From: a virus
Lineage: Duplodnaviria > Caudoviricetes
IMG/VR virus record: IMGVR_UViG_3300033417_000036
Span: 1 to 33,528 of that record
DNA: 33,528 bases
Direction: 5' to 3' (one strand)
A model generated the notes under the pieces. The model saw only the letters and a program-made list of their open reading frames with translations, was not told the DNA's origin and did no database searches. Shown piece after piece: positions 1-8,539 of the stretch (position 1 is the first letter of the stretch; every line of letters begins with the position of its first letter). The translations under genes and the position numbers were made by a program.

Positions 1-1
1 C

Positions 2-1090
2 ACCTTCTTAGCGAGCGGCACAATGCGCCGATTTAGTTCGGCGGTCGCTCTACCTACCGACGACACTTGACGATGGGCAATACGAGGCAGAAACTCGGCC
101 ACACCCTCGCCGAACTTGTCTCGGGACTCAGTGAAGGGTACCAACCCTTTACGGAGGGATTTCCCGGTTCCAGATTGCTTGAACCCTCGGCCTAGAGCGC
201 TCAAAGGCTTGGTCAACGGCCGTAGGGTTTCGCCTTCAACAAGGGTGCGTCCGGCGAACTGGATACCCCCAGCGCCTCGGGTTTCGATAGCTCTAATCGC
301 CCGACTAGCCGCCCGTTCATCGAAGCCTTCCTGAGCCAGAATGCTTTCGATCGTGGAGGGGCGGTTGGCAGCGGCGACGACCGGAGCCCTACGCCCTGCG
401 TTGGGGCCTGTAGCGAAGATTTGCCGTCGTGCGGCGGGTTCAGCTTCGGCTAGGGCCTTCTTCACCAACTCTCGATCAGCGGCCGGAACCCCTTTTGTGG
501 CAGCAATGCGGGCGATGTCGTCGCCTTCGGCCCGAGCTACCGTCTTGAGAGCGCCTTTGGCAGCGGTGCCTGGGCCAAGCAAGACAGCGTTGAGTGGGTC
601 AACAGCGATGTCACCAGCCAGACCTACTCCCCGTTTGACGTTGAGTGGAAGACCAGTGGTGAGTGTGTTTTCTTCCAGCACATCGCCAACACCAATCCGG
701 CGGTTGAAGTTTTCTCGCAAGTCTCTAAGGCTGGCGTCGCCGCCAGCTGTCTCCACTCCGACCACACCGCCAATCAGGTCACCTAGTTCCACTCCGGCCG
801 CTACGGTGCCTGCTCGTGCCATATCGAGTGCTGAGCCGACAGCGCCAGCCGCCTTGCCAGCCGCCTTTATGACTGCCCCCCCTGGCCCACCTAAGAAGGC
901 GTCCAAGAACCCGCCACCCCCCTCCTCCTCGGGCTCCTCGGGCTCTAGGGCTTTATCGAGAGCGGCCTGCCCACGCTGCGATTGGTGGAGGAAAGGCAAA
1001 TCAAAGGGGTTGCCAATAGACGAAGAAATCTGTTTGTTCAGCCCAAGAATCTCGTCAGGTGTGAGCTTGAAGTCGGTAGCCACGACTCAC
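2..1090 (-). CDS. Large internal virion/ejection protein, N-terminal part (runs off window edge)
   Basis: Not in the ORF track. My translation from GTG 1090 (GTGA overlap with the upstream stop) is open to the window edge: MSRATDFKLTPDEILG...GLAGDIAVDPLNAVLLG.... Gly/Ala-rich, last in the podovirus-type tail block. Confidence 0.7.
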
Positions 1091-1842
1091 CGCCCAAACG
1101 GCAGAAGGGACTCAATGATGGAGCGACTTGAAGGGGTTGTCGATTCCGCTCGGCCAGCGAGGTTCTTGAGATGCGTGGGGCGCTGCCCGTTCAGAGCCCG
1201 GAAGTTATCTACGACATAGAGGCGTGTGATATCCCTAGGAGGCAGGTCGGCGGTGGGGTTGAAGAAGCGTATGCTGTCGTAGGTTTTCATCGCTTCCTTC
1301 GTGCTTTGTGAACTAGTCAACAGCTTACTCAGGAGCGTGCTGAAGTTGTCTCCGTAGTGCGTTTGGGCGTGCTTCTGCACCTCTCGTCCAGCGTTGAACC
1401 GGCTTTCTAGGGCTAGTTCCCGCTCGCTTTCCAACTGGGCGGATCGGGCATCGGCCTGTGCTCGGGCTTGGCGGATGCCCGCCTTCTGGCGAGCCAGTTG
1501 GATTGATTGCTTGATTGATTCAGTCCTAAGCTTCTCGGACTGGAGCGCCGATTGCGTGTTCAGTTCTTCGGCCTCTTGGCGGGCACGGCGCTCGGCGTCG
1601 GCCGCTCGGCGCTCGGCTGCTAGGCGTTGGGCCTGGCTGCCCCTGTTAGCCTCGGCTAGAACGTTGCCGCTTTCGACACCTTCGGTGAACACCTTCGCTT
1701 GGTCAGCCATGATGGAGAGGTCACGAGCAATAGCGCCTTGAGGTGCCACTGTACCCTCGGCGGGCTGTTGTGCTTGGCTGCCAGCGGCCTGCTTGAGTAC
1801 GGCTGCCTGAACTGCTGCCAGAGGTGCAGGAGGCCCCGCCAT
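1087..1842 (-). CDS. Putative internal virion/ejection protein (coiled-coil, 251 aa)
   Basis: Ala/Gln/Arg-rich helical ORF, coupled to both neighbours, downstream of the nozzle. Confidence 0.6.
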   Translation of the reverse strand: MAGPPAPLAAVQAAVLKQAAGSQAQQPAEGTVAPQGAIARDLSIMADQAKVFTEGVESGNVLAEANRGSQAQRLAAERRAADAERRARQEAEELNTQSALQSEKLRTESIKQSIQLARQKAGIRQARAQADARSAQLESERELALESRFNAGREVQKHAQTHYGDNFSTLLSKLLTSSQSTKEAMKTYDSIRFFNPTADLPPRDITRLYVVDNFRALNGQRPTHLKNLAGRAESTTPSSRSIIESLLPFGR

Positions 1843-2543
1843 CAGAAGAACCTAATCGGACTAGCGAGGGTGCGGGTCGGTGTAGGAGCGGGTGTAGGGG
1901 TGTTGAGCAGGCTGGTTTCCGTGAAGGACGGGGCCGGGGCAGGCGTAGAGAGGAGTCCTCGCCGCTCCAGTTCGGCCTGGAGAGCCTGCTGCTGGAGGGA
2001 TGCGAGACTCTGTGCCTGAGCCATCTCTTGCTGCTGGGCCTGTGATTGAAGGGCGGCTTGCTCCCTCTCGGCTTGCATTTGGGCGAGCGCCCGCTGCCGC
2101 TGCTCTTGGAACAGGGCTAGCTGTGCCTCTTGCTGCCTGCGCCGTTCCTCGGCGGCCGCCCGGAACTGCTCTTGGATGGCTTGGGCGTTGCTCCGCAAAG
2201 CGGACACGCCTTGTCGGGCCTGCCCGAAGAAGTTGGCGTTTACTGCTCGGGCCGCTCGGTTCTCACCTTTCAGGAGGAAGGCGTTACCGGCGGCGTCTCG
2301 GGAGAACGCTGCCTCGGACGGGGCTGAGAAGGCCGCCAGTTCCGCAGCACCAGCCCCTCCGATCCCGAAGTCAGCAACGTCGCTAGCCACGCCCTGTTGT
2401 GAGCGGGACGCCGCTTGCTGACTTAGGCGCTGGGTGGCGGCTGCCTGCTCCAGACCGCCCCGCCCAAACTGGGCAAGAGCGTTGAGGGCTGCTTGCCGCT
2501 GCTGGTCTATTTGGCGTTCAGCGCCAGCGAATGCATCAGCCAT
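1842..2543 (-). CDS. Putative internal virion/ejection protein (233 aa)
   Basis: Very Gln/Ala-rich coiled-coil composition, RBS GGAGG upstream, position in tail block. Confidence 0.6.
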   Translation of the reverse strand: MADAFAGAERQIDQQRQAALNALAQFGRGGLEQAAATQRLSQQAASRSQQGVASDVADFGIGGAGAAELAAFSAPSEAAFSRDAAGNAFLLKGENRAARAVNANFFGQARQGVSALRSNAQAIQEQFRAAAEERRRQQEAQLALFQEQRQRALAQMQAEREQAALQSQAQQQEMAQAQSLASLQQQALQAELERRGLLSTPAPAPSFTETSLLNTPTPAPTPTRTLASPIRFF

Positions 2544-2549
2544 GTTGGG

Positions 2550-2963
2550 TCAGCCTCCGAACGTGGATTGGGCGCTAAGGAGGGCGTTGCGGGTTCCGGT
2601 GTCTAGCGTTGCCTCGGCTTGGCGTCGCCGCAGTTCAGCGAGTTGGCGGGCGGCATCGAGAGTGAACATGGTGGAGGTGTCCTGCGATTGAGCGAGGGCT
2701 TCCTGCTGCTCTCGGAGAACGTTGGCCCGAGCGATGGCACTGTTGCGGGCGGTGGCCCCGGATGAGAACACGCCTCGGGTTTCGGCTTCGTCTCGCACCC
2801 CTTGGACAGCTGAGCGGGCTCGCTCGTTGAAGGCCGGAATCTGGCGAGTGAAGGCTCGACGAGCGATGTCGGACTGTTGCCTGGCTTGGGCGAGTATGTT
2901 CTGTTCCTCCACACCCATTGTGCGGAGAAAGGCAGCCATCGTTGGGTCAAATGCTATAGCCAT
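2550..2963 (-). CDS. Putative small internal virion protein (137 aa, MAIAFDPTM...)
   Basis: ORF track 2550..2999; ATG 2963 preferred because it avoids overlap with the upstream gene. Contains a RGVFSSG motif and is Ala/Gln/Arg-rich. Confidence 0.6.
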   Translation of the reverse strand: MAIAFDPTMAAFLRTMGVEEQNILAQARQQSDIARRAFTRQIPAFNERARSAVQGVRDEAETRGVFSSGATARNSAIARANVLREQQEALAQSQDTSTMFTLDAARQLAELRRRQAEATLDTGTRNALLSAQSTFGG

Positions 2964-2985
2964 CGTTACTAGTCTACCATGCCGT

Positions 2986-3552
2986 TCAGGCTCCCACACT
3001 AATCTCGCTATTCCATCTCATCCAGAACTCAGGGGCTTGTCGGGCTGAGACTTCAGAATCCAAGTTACCACCTGAGTTCTGGAACACTTCAAGCACCACG
3101 AAATCACCAGCGAGTAACTCATAGTCTGTGACAACACTCATAGTCAGTGTCCCATTTATGGCTCCGGTGACCTGTCGGATAATGGTTATCGCATTATTGA
3201 CTCGTAGACGAACGACACGGAATCCAGTAGTGTTCGACTCGAAACGGACGGCTCCACCGATTGTGTATAACCCATTTATGGGTGCTGTCAGTCGCCCGTT
3301 GTTGATGACAGTATCATGGCATTTACCGACATCGTAACGTTCCGAATCAAAGGTTAGTGCTGTAAACACGCTGTTGTTGAGACTCTTAGGAGAAGCATCG
3401 TGGACACGAGCACGAGGACGGTTACTTAGATAATCTTCAAGTTGGCGGTCACGCTCCTCCAGCAAAGCCACCAACTCAAAGGGAATCTCCAACCCGAGCG
3501 ACGCCAATTCCGGCCAGCGACTAGCGTACTCAAAGCCGAGTGAGTGTGCCAT
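2986..3552 (-). CDS. Tail spike / receptor-binding protein with C1q/TNF-like beta-sandwich
   Basis: N-terminal helix (LLEERDRQLEDYL) followed by LTFDSERYD...GRLTAPINGLYTIGGAVRF...LLAGDFVVLEVFQ, the pattern of C1q-like head domains. Directly after the nozzle gene. Confidence 0.6.
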   Translation of the reverse strand: MAHSLGFEYASRWPELASLGLEIPFELVALLEERDRQLEDYLSNRPRARVHDASPKSLNNSVFTALTFDSERYDVGKCHDTVINNGRLTAPINGLYTIGGAVRFESNTTGFRVVRLRVNNAITIIRQVTGAINGTLTMSVVTDYELLAGDFVVLEVFQNSGGNLDSEVSARQAPEFWMRWNSEISVGA

Positions 3553-5117
3553 CAGTAAACCCGCTGGTTTCCCTGTTCAGGTTTGCTGTTCACGGTGATT
3601 GAGCGGACGGCAACGCCCCGCAAACCATGCACCCTCACTCGGTAGCCGCCGCCAGCGCCTTGCTCACCAAAGGTGAACCGAATCCGGTCAGGCGTGCCGA
3701 TGAAGTCGTCTGCTCCGCTGGAGCCTGCTTCGGTCCACGTCTTAGTTTGTGTGCCGTCAGCTACTGAATCGTTGAGTCCTCGGGCCAGTGACTCGACGGT
3801 GACTTGTACCCGGTTATCGACGGGAGCGCCGGTGTCAAACTTCTTGACTTCTAGCACCACTTCGTTCACTCGCAGGAAGTCCGAATCGGGTGACCATGTT
3901 TCGGGGAGTGTGAACTCCGCCTCTAGGGGGGTGGTGGTCAAGTCGCCGGGCTGGGCGTGGGTGTCACTGGTGAAGGCGGGACGGTTGAGGTTGAAATCTA
4001 AACAAACAGGGTCGTCATTATCAGACTCATCCAAGGCAAATCCGAATAGCCGTCCTTGGTAATTGTAAGACCACATCTCAGTTAGGGTCTTATCAAAGTC
4101 ATGGAGCGCCCAGGCTCCGTTATGCCGTAGTAGAAGCCTATTTACAAAGCCGCCAAGAAGCGGCCCATTAGCGATAATGAACCCTGGACTATGCTCTGCC
4201 CCATTGACTGATGTAACTATCGTGTCTGGAAAATCAACATCAAGATGGTAGAACTGTTGGGGGTCCTCGGGGGTCATAGTCAAATAGGAGAAAGCCCGGT
4301 GAACAGACCCATCGAATGATGCTACACTATTGCTGTCTGATGATAAATAGAATATAGTATCATCATTATCTTGTATATAGGAAAACAGTGGCGACCCCAT
4401 TCTACCTCTCGGAACTGGAAGTTTACGCAACACGTCGTTCACACCAGGAACGCCTGTCAGCAGAAACCATTGATTATTAGTAGTAACCAAGATCAAGCCG
4501 TTCTTTACCGGCGCCATAAATGCAACTATGGTGAGAAGGGCTGGCAATTCTATAAAGTTCAGTGCCGGCCAAGATGTCTCGTCGGCGGGATCAGAATAGA
4601 ATATTCGGGCCTCAGCAGCCGTACTTATTTGCCCCCGAATTACTCGTACCCCATAGATCGTTGCTGCGGGGCCACCATCCTGGTTCATATTGACAATGTT
4701 CGCTTCGCCCTTTTGGAAATAGAAATCGTTAGGCCCTGCTTGGTTTGTATCAGGTATAAGCATTACATTATCTATGGGGGACACCATGTTTATCCTGAAG
4801 GTTGGGGTATCGGAAAGTGTACCGAACGAACCTTCATCTACTCCGTCTTGGTTTTCATGTGTCCCATAAACAGTGTTCCCATCAATATAGAAAATCATCT
4901 GAGCGAACGCAGACCCTGAACCTGTAAATACCACCCCCCAAACCTTGTCACTAATCGTACGGCCAATATCCCAAGCCTTGAGCCCCGGTCTAGGACCGAT
5001 TGAACCATCCCGGTAGATGATCACATTACGACCATCCCACATGTTCCTCGGTACCTTCGCCAAGTCCAAGGTACCCGACCAGCCGCCCGAGAAGTCGTTG
5101 AACGTTTCGGAAGGCAT
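3552..5117 (-). CDS. Tail nozzle / tubular protein B-like (P22 gp10-like beta-propeller)
   Basis: N-terminal FNDFSGG...NVIIYRDGSIGPRPG and internal RIFYSDPADETSW motifs; beta-rich; follows the adaptor gene. Confidence 0.7.
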   Translation of the reverse strand: MPSETFNDFSGGWSGTLDLAKVPRNMWDGRNVIIYRDGSIGPRPGLKAWDIGRTISDKVWGVVFTGSGSAFAQMIFYIDGNTVYGTHENQDGVDEGSFGTLSDTPTFRINMVSPIDNVMLIPDTNQAGPNDFYFQKGEANIVNMNQDGGPAATIYGVRVIRGQISTAAEARIFYSDPADETSWPALNFIELPALLTIVAFMAPVKNGLILVTTNNQWFLLTGVPGVNDVLRKLPVPRGRMGSPLFSYIQDNDDTIFYLSSDSNSVASFDGSVHRAFSYLTMTPEDPQQFYHLDVDFPDTIVTSVNGAEHSPGFIIANGPLLGGFVNRLLLRHNGAWALHDFDKTLTEMWSYNYQGRLFGFALDESDNDDPVCLDFNLNRPAFTSDTHAQPGDLTTTPLEAEFTLPETWSPDSDFLRVNEVVLEVKKFDTGAPVDNRVQVTVESLARGLNDSVADGTQTKTWTEAGSSGADDFIGTPDRIRFTFGEQGAGGGYRVRVHGLRGVAVRSITVNSKPEQGNQRVY

Positions 5118-5755
5118 CAGTAAATGTCTTGCCAGTGAGACGCTCGGGTGCGCCTGATCTGAGCGGGAGCCCCTGCCTTGCGAACGTTGTCAATCACGTC
5201 AACCCGCCACCGGGTTGCTTCCTCCCGAATCTCGCTGAGCCGGGCCGTGTTGTTGGTGCGAATAGCTGTCCGGGCGGCGGATTCGTACACGAGCCAATCA
5301 GCGTAAGTGTCGGGCAGCAGGAACGTGTCAGCGTCAGCGGAGGCTTCTGTCTCGCCAACAAAGTAGCCAATCAACACGTCTCGCACCGTGTCCGGCACTG
5401 GGGCCACCACGATGCGGCCCTGGGTGGCGTCCACGAAGTAGCCTGTCGGCCACCCTGTTTCGTCTCTGAATCGCCGCAGATCACGAGGCGAAGTCGGCTT
5501 CAAGTCCAGTTCCTCAACTTGTACGAACAGGATGCGGGTGGCGTCAGTCGGCTCCGCAATCCACTCCTGATCTACCACGGTGGAGTCGGTGCCTTCGTTA
5601 TAGAGCCACGGCCAGTCCCGCACCGTAGCAATCTGGCGGGCAGCCTGATTGATGCTGCGGCTAGCAATATCGTCCGGCACGGTGGCGTCAGTTTCGGACA
5701 GGCCGAGCGCCACTCGCATATCCTTGCGGAACTCGATTAGGGTCTTGGTGCCCAT
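5117..5755 (-). CDS. Head-tail adaptor (tail tubular protein A-like)
   Basis: SINQAARQI...DWPWL and IVVAPVPD...LLPDTYADWLVY motifs; 212 aa; between capsid and nozzle. Confidence 0.75.
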   Translation of the reverse strand: MGTKTLIEFRKDMRVALGLSETDATVPDDIASRSINQAARQIATVRDWPWLYNEGTDSTVVDQEWIAEPTDATRILFVQVEELDLKPTSPRDLRRFRDETGWPTGYFVDATQGRIVVAPVPDTVRDVLIGYFVGETEASADADTFLLPDTYADWLVYESAARTAIRTNNTARLSEIREEATRWRVDVIDNVRKAGAPAQIRRTRASHWQDIY

Positions 5756-6174
5756 CAGATGCTAATGTCCTCCACGTTGGAGGGCACTGGACCTCTCCAC
5801 GCCTTGGAAAGCATCTTGTCGTATGCCTCTAGTTGGGCCTCGGCTGCTTCCTGGTCCCGTTGCCGCATGATCTTGTCGTTGTGCTTGATGGCGGCCTCCA
5901 CCGGATCGACGTGCGCCCGGCTGTGGCTATCGCCCTTCTGGAGTTGGGCGATGACCTGTGCGGCGTCAAGTTTCACACCGGGTCGGGATCGCATGACCGG
6001 CTTCTCGGGACCATTGAGTGGCACCCGCCAAATCTCCCACGACCCATTCGGATTCTTGACTAGTGCGAGTTGCGGATCGAAGGCGGTGAGCCGACCCACA
6101 AAGTCTCTCGTCTCGGTATCGAGCCAAGCCTGCGACCCACCAGGCAGCCTTGTCGGGATCAGCATTCCAGTCAT
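5755..6174 (-). CDS. Hypothetical protein in head module (139 aa)
   Basis: RBS GAAAGGA upstream, stop/start coupling to the adaptor gene. Confidence 0.65.
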   Translation of the reverse strand: MTGMLIPTRLPGGSQAWLDTETRDFVGRLTAFDPQLALVKNPNGSWEIWRVPLNGPEKPVMRSRPGVKLDAAQVIAQLQKGDSHSRAHVDPVEAAIKHNDKIMRQRDQEAAEAQLEAYDKMLSKAWRGPVPSNVEDISI

Positions 6175-6214
6175 GGAGGGGTGTCCTTTCAGCTTTCAGT
6201 GAGGAGATGGGGAA

Positions 6215-6248
6215 GGGGCCAACCAGTCCCCCCGATCTGGTTGGCCCC
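6215..6248 (-). terminator. Hairpin after major capsid gene
   Basis: Perfect 12 bp stem GGGGCCAACCAG/CTGGTTGGCCCC ~22 nt after the capsid stop; only a weak U tract. Confidence 0.65.
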
Positions 6249-6270
6249 CACCTTGTGCGCCTTGAATGGT

Positions 6271-7491
6271 TCAGGCGGCGAGGTCGTCAATGAAACCGTG
6301 GGCTCCACGAACGTCGGTGGTCTGCTCATCGTACTTGAACAGAACGGCCCCGTAGCCGTCCTTACCGTTGCCGGTGACGATTCGGCTGAGAACGTTGCCG
6401 TCCTCCTCCATGAACTCCCAGTCGCTTTGCTGGTTCAGGACCATGTGGTCCGTGTTGACCATGTAGAGCTTCTGGACCGGAGAGTCCCGCAGGGTGGAAA
6501 GACCTACGGTACCGCTGGCTGTGGAGACTTCCAGGCCCTTGAACCCGCCCTTGAACTCCATAGTGCTGACGTACCGGCGGTCCTGCTTGAGCAGGCCACC
6601 TAGGACTCGGGCCTGCCGGTGGTCGGTGAACCCGTAGATTTGGTCCTGCACACCGACCGGGCTGTGAATGTCGATCTCGTCGATCAACTCCTCGATCAGC
6701 GCCTCAGAGATGGCTGACGTGCTGGCATCGACCTTCTGCGCCGCCCACTCGGGAACGTCGGTGGGGTCAACGTTGAACAGCGTGCCGGTGTCAGACACGA
6801 TGGTCTGGACCCCGGTGACTTCTCGCTGGTCTGAGCCGCTGCCGCCGTTGCCCGACCGGAAGATACGGTCAGTCGTGGCGGTCGAGACAGACGAGTCAAT
6901 CTCGATGGTCTTGTTGACACGATCAATCGCTGAGACAACTGCACCCTGAACAACACCCGTAGGGCTAGCCACGGTGCCGATGTCAATGACATCACCGATA
7001 GCGAACTGCCTGATTTGGGTGGTGGTGGCTACGGTTTCGATTGTGGTCGAAGAAGTCGTAGTGTCACAGGCGGCAATCACACCGTCTGAGGTGCCAAGAA
7101 GCTGACGCTCATGGTCCCTCTTGAGGTCGTTGACTACGCCCTTCTGCTCAGACTCCAGAGCAGTGAGCCAGGAGCCCTGCTCAGGCTTCATAGCCCGGAT
7201 AACCGGACCTGACACCTGGAGTTGGCCGTAGTGGTGCTTGACCCCCACACGCTCCTTGGTGTGGCCCTGGTTACCGGCGGCAGGCAGGTCCTCAAGGTCT
7301 TTTCGAGAGCCAATGCCGGGGTTGCGAGTGATGTGCAGAGAGAGAACGACTTCCTCGCCGGACGAGTTGATGTTGTCAGAACTCGTCTCGATCTGTGCGA
7401 GGTATTCGTTGCGGTTTACAAGCTGCTCTCGAACGACTGGGAGATAGAACTCCTTCAGCACACCCGACGCAGCGGCTTTGTCAAGAGCCAT
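6271..7491 (-). CDS. Major capsid protein (HK97 fold, 406 aa)
   Basis: After scaffold; N-terminal VLKEFYLPVVREQL; E-loop-like EDLPAAG...KHHYGQLQVSG; strong RBS GAAAGGA; own promoter and downstream hairpin. Confidence 0.88.
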   Translation of the reverse strand: MALDKAAASGVLKEFYLPVVREQLVNRNEYLAQIETSSDNINSSGEEVVLSLHITRNPGIGSRKDLEDLPAAGNQGHTKERVGVKHHYGQLQVSGPVIRAMKPEQGSWLTALESEQKGVVNDLKRDHERQLLGTSDGVIAACDTTTSSTTIETVATTTQIRQFAIGDVIDIGTVASPTGVVQGAVVSAIDRVNKTIEIDSSVSTATTDRIFRSGNGGSGSDQREVTGVQTIVSDTGTLFNVDPTDVPEWAAQKVDASTSAISEALIEELIDEIDIHSPVGVQDQIYGFTDHRQARVLGGLLKQDRRYVSTMEFKGGFKGLEVSTASGTVGLSTLRDSPVQKLYMVNTDHMVLNQQSDWEFMEEDGNVLSRIVTGNGKDGYGAVLFKYDEQTTDVRGAHGFIDDLAA

Positions 7492-7594
7492 TTCAGTTGT
7501 GTCCTTTCAGGACTTGGAAGTGACGGATTTGGTAACAACGCAGCGTCGAGCTACTAACGAGAGTCGGGGGCCAGCCCTTTCCCTTGCTGAGATT

Positions 7595-7606
7595 AGTATA
7601 GCACAC
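7595..7606 (-). promoter_or_regulatory. Extended -10 promoter for capsid gene (GTGTGCTATACT)
   Basis: TGn-TATACT in the scaffold-capsid intergenic region, ~100 nt upstream of the ATG. Confidence 0.7.
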
Positions 7607-7610
7607 GCCC

Positions 7611-7626
7611 TCGAACAGGCGTTCGG
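7611..7626. promoter_or_regulatory. LexA/SOS box (TCGAAC-AGGC-GTTCGG) in the capsid promoter
   Basis: One mismatch to the actinobacterial consensus TCGAAC-N4-GTTCGA; intergenic, overlapping the spacer/-35 region. Confidence 0.7.
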
Positions 7627-7650
7627 TGGTCAAGTGTCCGTGAACAGCGA

Positions 7651-7674
7651 ACGGCCCCGCCGAAACGGGGCCGC
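7651..7674 (-). terminator. Hairpin after scaffold gene
   Basis: Minus strand GCGGCCCCG-TTTCGG-CGGGGCCGT followed by TCGCTGTT, ~27 nt after the scaffold stop. Confidence 0.6.
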
Positions 7675-7701
7675 TTACCTACCTTGTCGGGCGTTATGGC
7701 G

Positions 7702-8508
7702 TTACTGTCCGGCTTTGGCAGCCAGGAAGGCCATCGCCCCCTTGCGAGCCTCTTTGTACGTCTTGGGCGGCCCACCTTGCTGGTCGGCTGGCGCTCCGCC
7801 GGGGGCCTGTCCTGGCGGAGTCGGGTACTTCTCTGACATCCCCTGCACTTCTGACGTATGCCGGTTGATTACGTCCTGCTCGAAGAACTTGAGCGCCTCG
7901 GCCGCTTTGGTGAGGTCGCCAGCCACCTCGGGCGCCTGGGCGGCGTGGAGGAGGAGCACGTAGCGGGGGTTGTCCTTCACTTCGCCGTTTACCTCGACGG
8001 TTGGAGGCACCCCCAGCTCGGTGGCTTCCCGCTCGATGCTGGTGACAGCCGCCTGGAGTTGCGTCTGCTCATCCTGCTCGGCCTGCATCTTCTTCCACTG
8101 AGCCACCGTTAGGGGCTTCTGATCGGGGTCTTCCTCGCCGGATGGGCGGGTCGGAGGCGCTGTGGAGTCGGAGCGAGCCTCCTTGATCCGGTGGGCAATG
8201 GCCTCGAACTCCTCAGCGGCGGTGAGTTGCTGGTCGGGGTCGGCGATCTTGCGAGCCAGTTCAAGATACCGCTCCCGCTCGGGGTCTGCATAGCCCTCGA
8301 AGGCGTCCTCATAGGTGCGGAGCTTGGTGCGCCACGAGGCGTTCTCCTCCCGCAGCTTCTCCACGTAGTCACGAGGGAAGGTTTCCTCGGCTTCGGCCGC
8401 TCCCGGTGCGGCGGGCGGTTCAGGCGTCTCGACAGTGGCGGGAGAGCCTGCTGGCGGATCGGGTGGTGGGGTTTCAGTCACTGCGGGGTCTGGCTGGCTA
8501 TTTGACAT
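7702..8508 (-). CDS. Capsid scaffolding protein (268 aa)
   Basis: Pro/acidic N-terminus, FPRDYVEKLREENASWRTK motif, coiled coil, C-terminal PKTYKEAR helix; between portal and capsid; RBS CAGGAGG. Confidence 0.85.
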   Translation of the reverse strand: MSNSQPDPAVTETPPPDPPAGSPATVETPEPPAAPGAAEAEETFPRDYVEKLREENASWRTKLRTYEDAFEGYADPERERYLELARKIADPDQQLTAAEEFEAIAHRIKEARSDSTAPPTRPSGEEDPDQKPLTVAQWKKMQAEQDEQTQLQAAVTSIEREATELGVPPTVEVNGEVKDNPRYVLLLHAAQAPEVAGDLTKAAEALKFFEQDVINRHTSEVQGMSEKYPTPPGQAPGGAPADQQGGPPKTYKEARKGAMAFLAAKAGQ

Positions 8509-8539
8509 TATGACCTCCTGGGTCTAATGGTTGGGGTGA

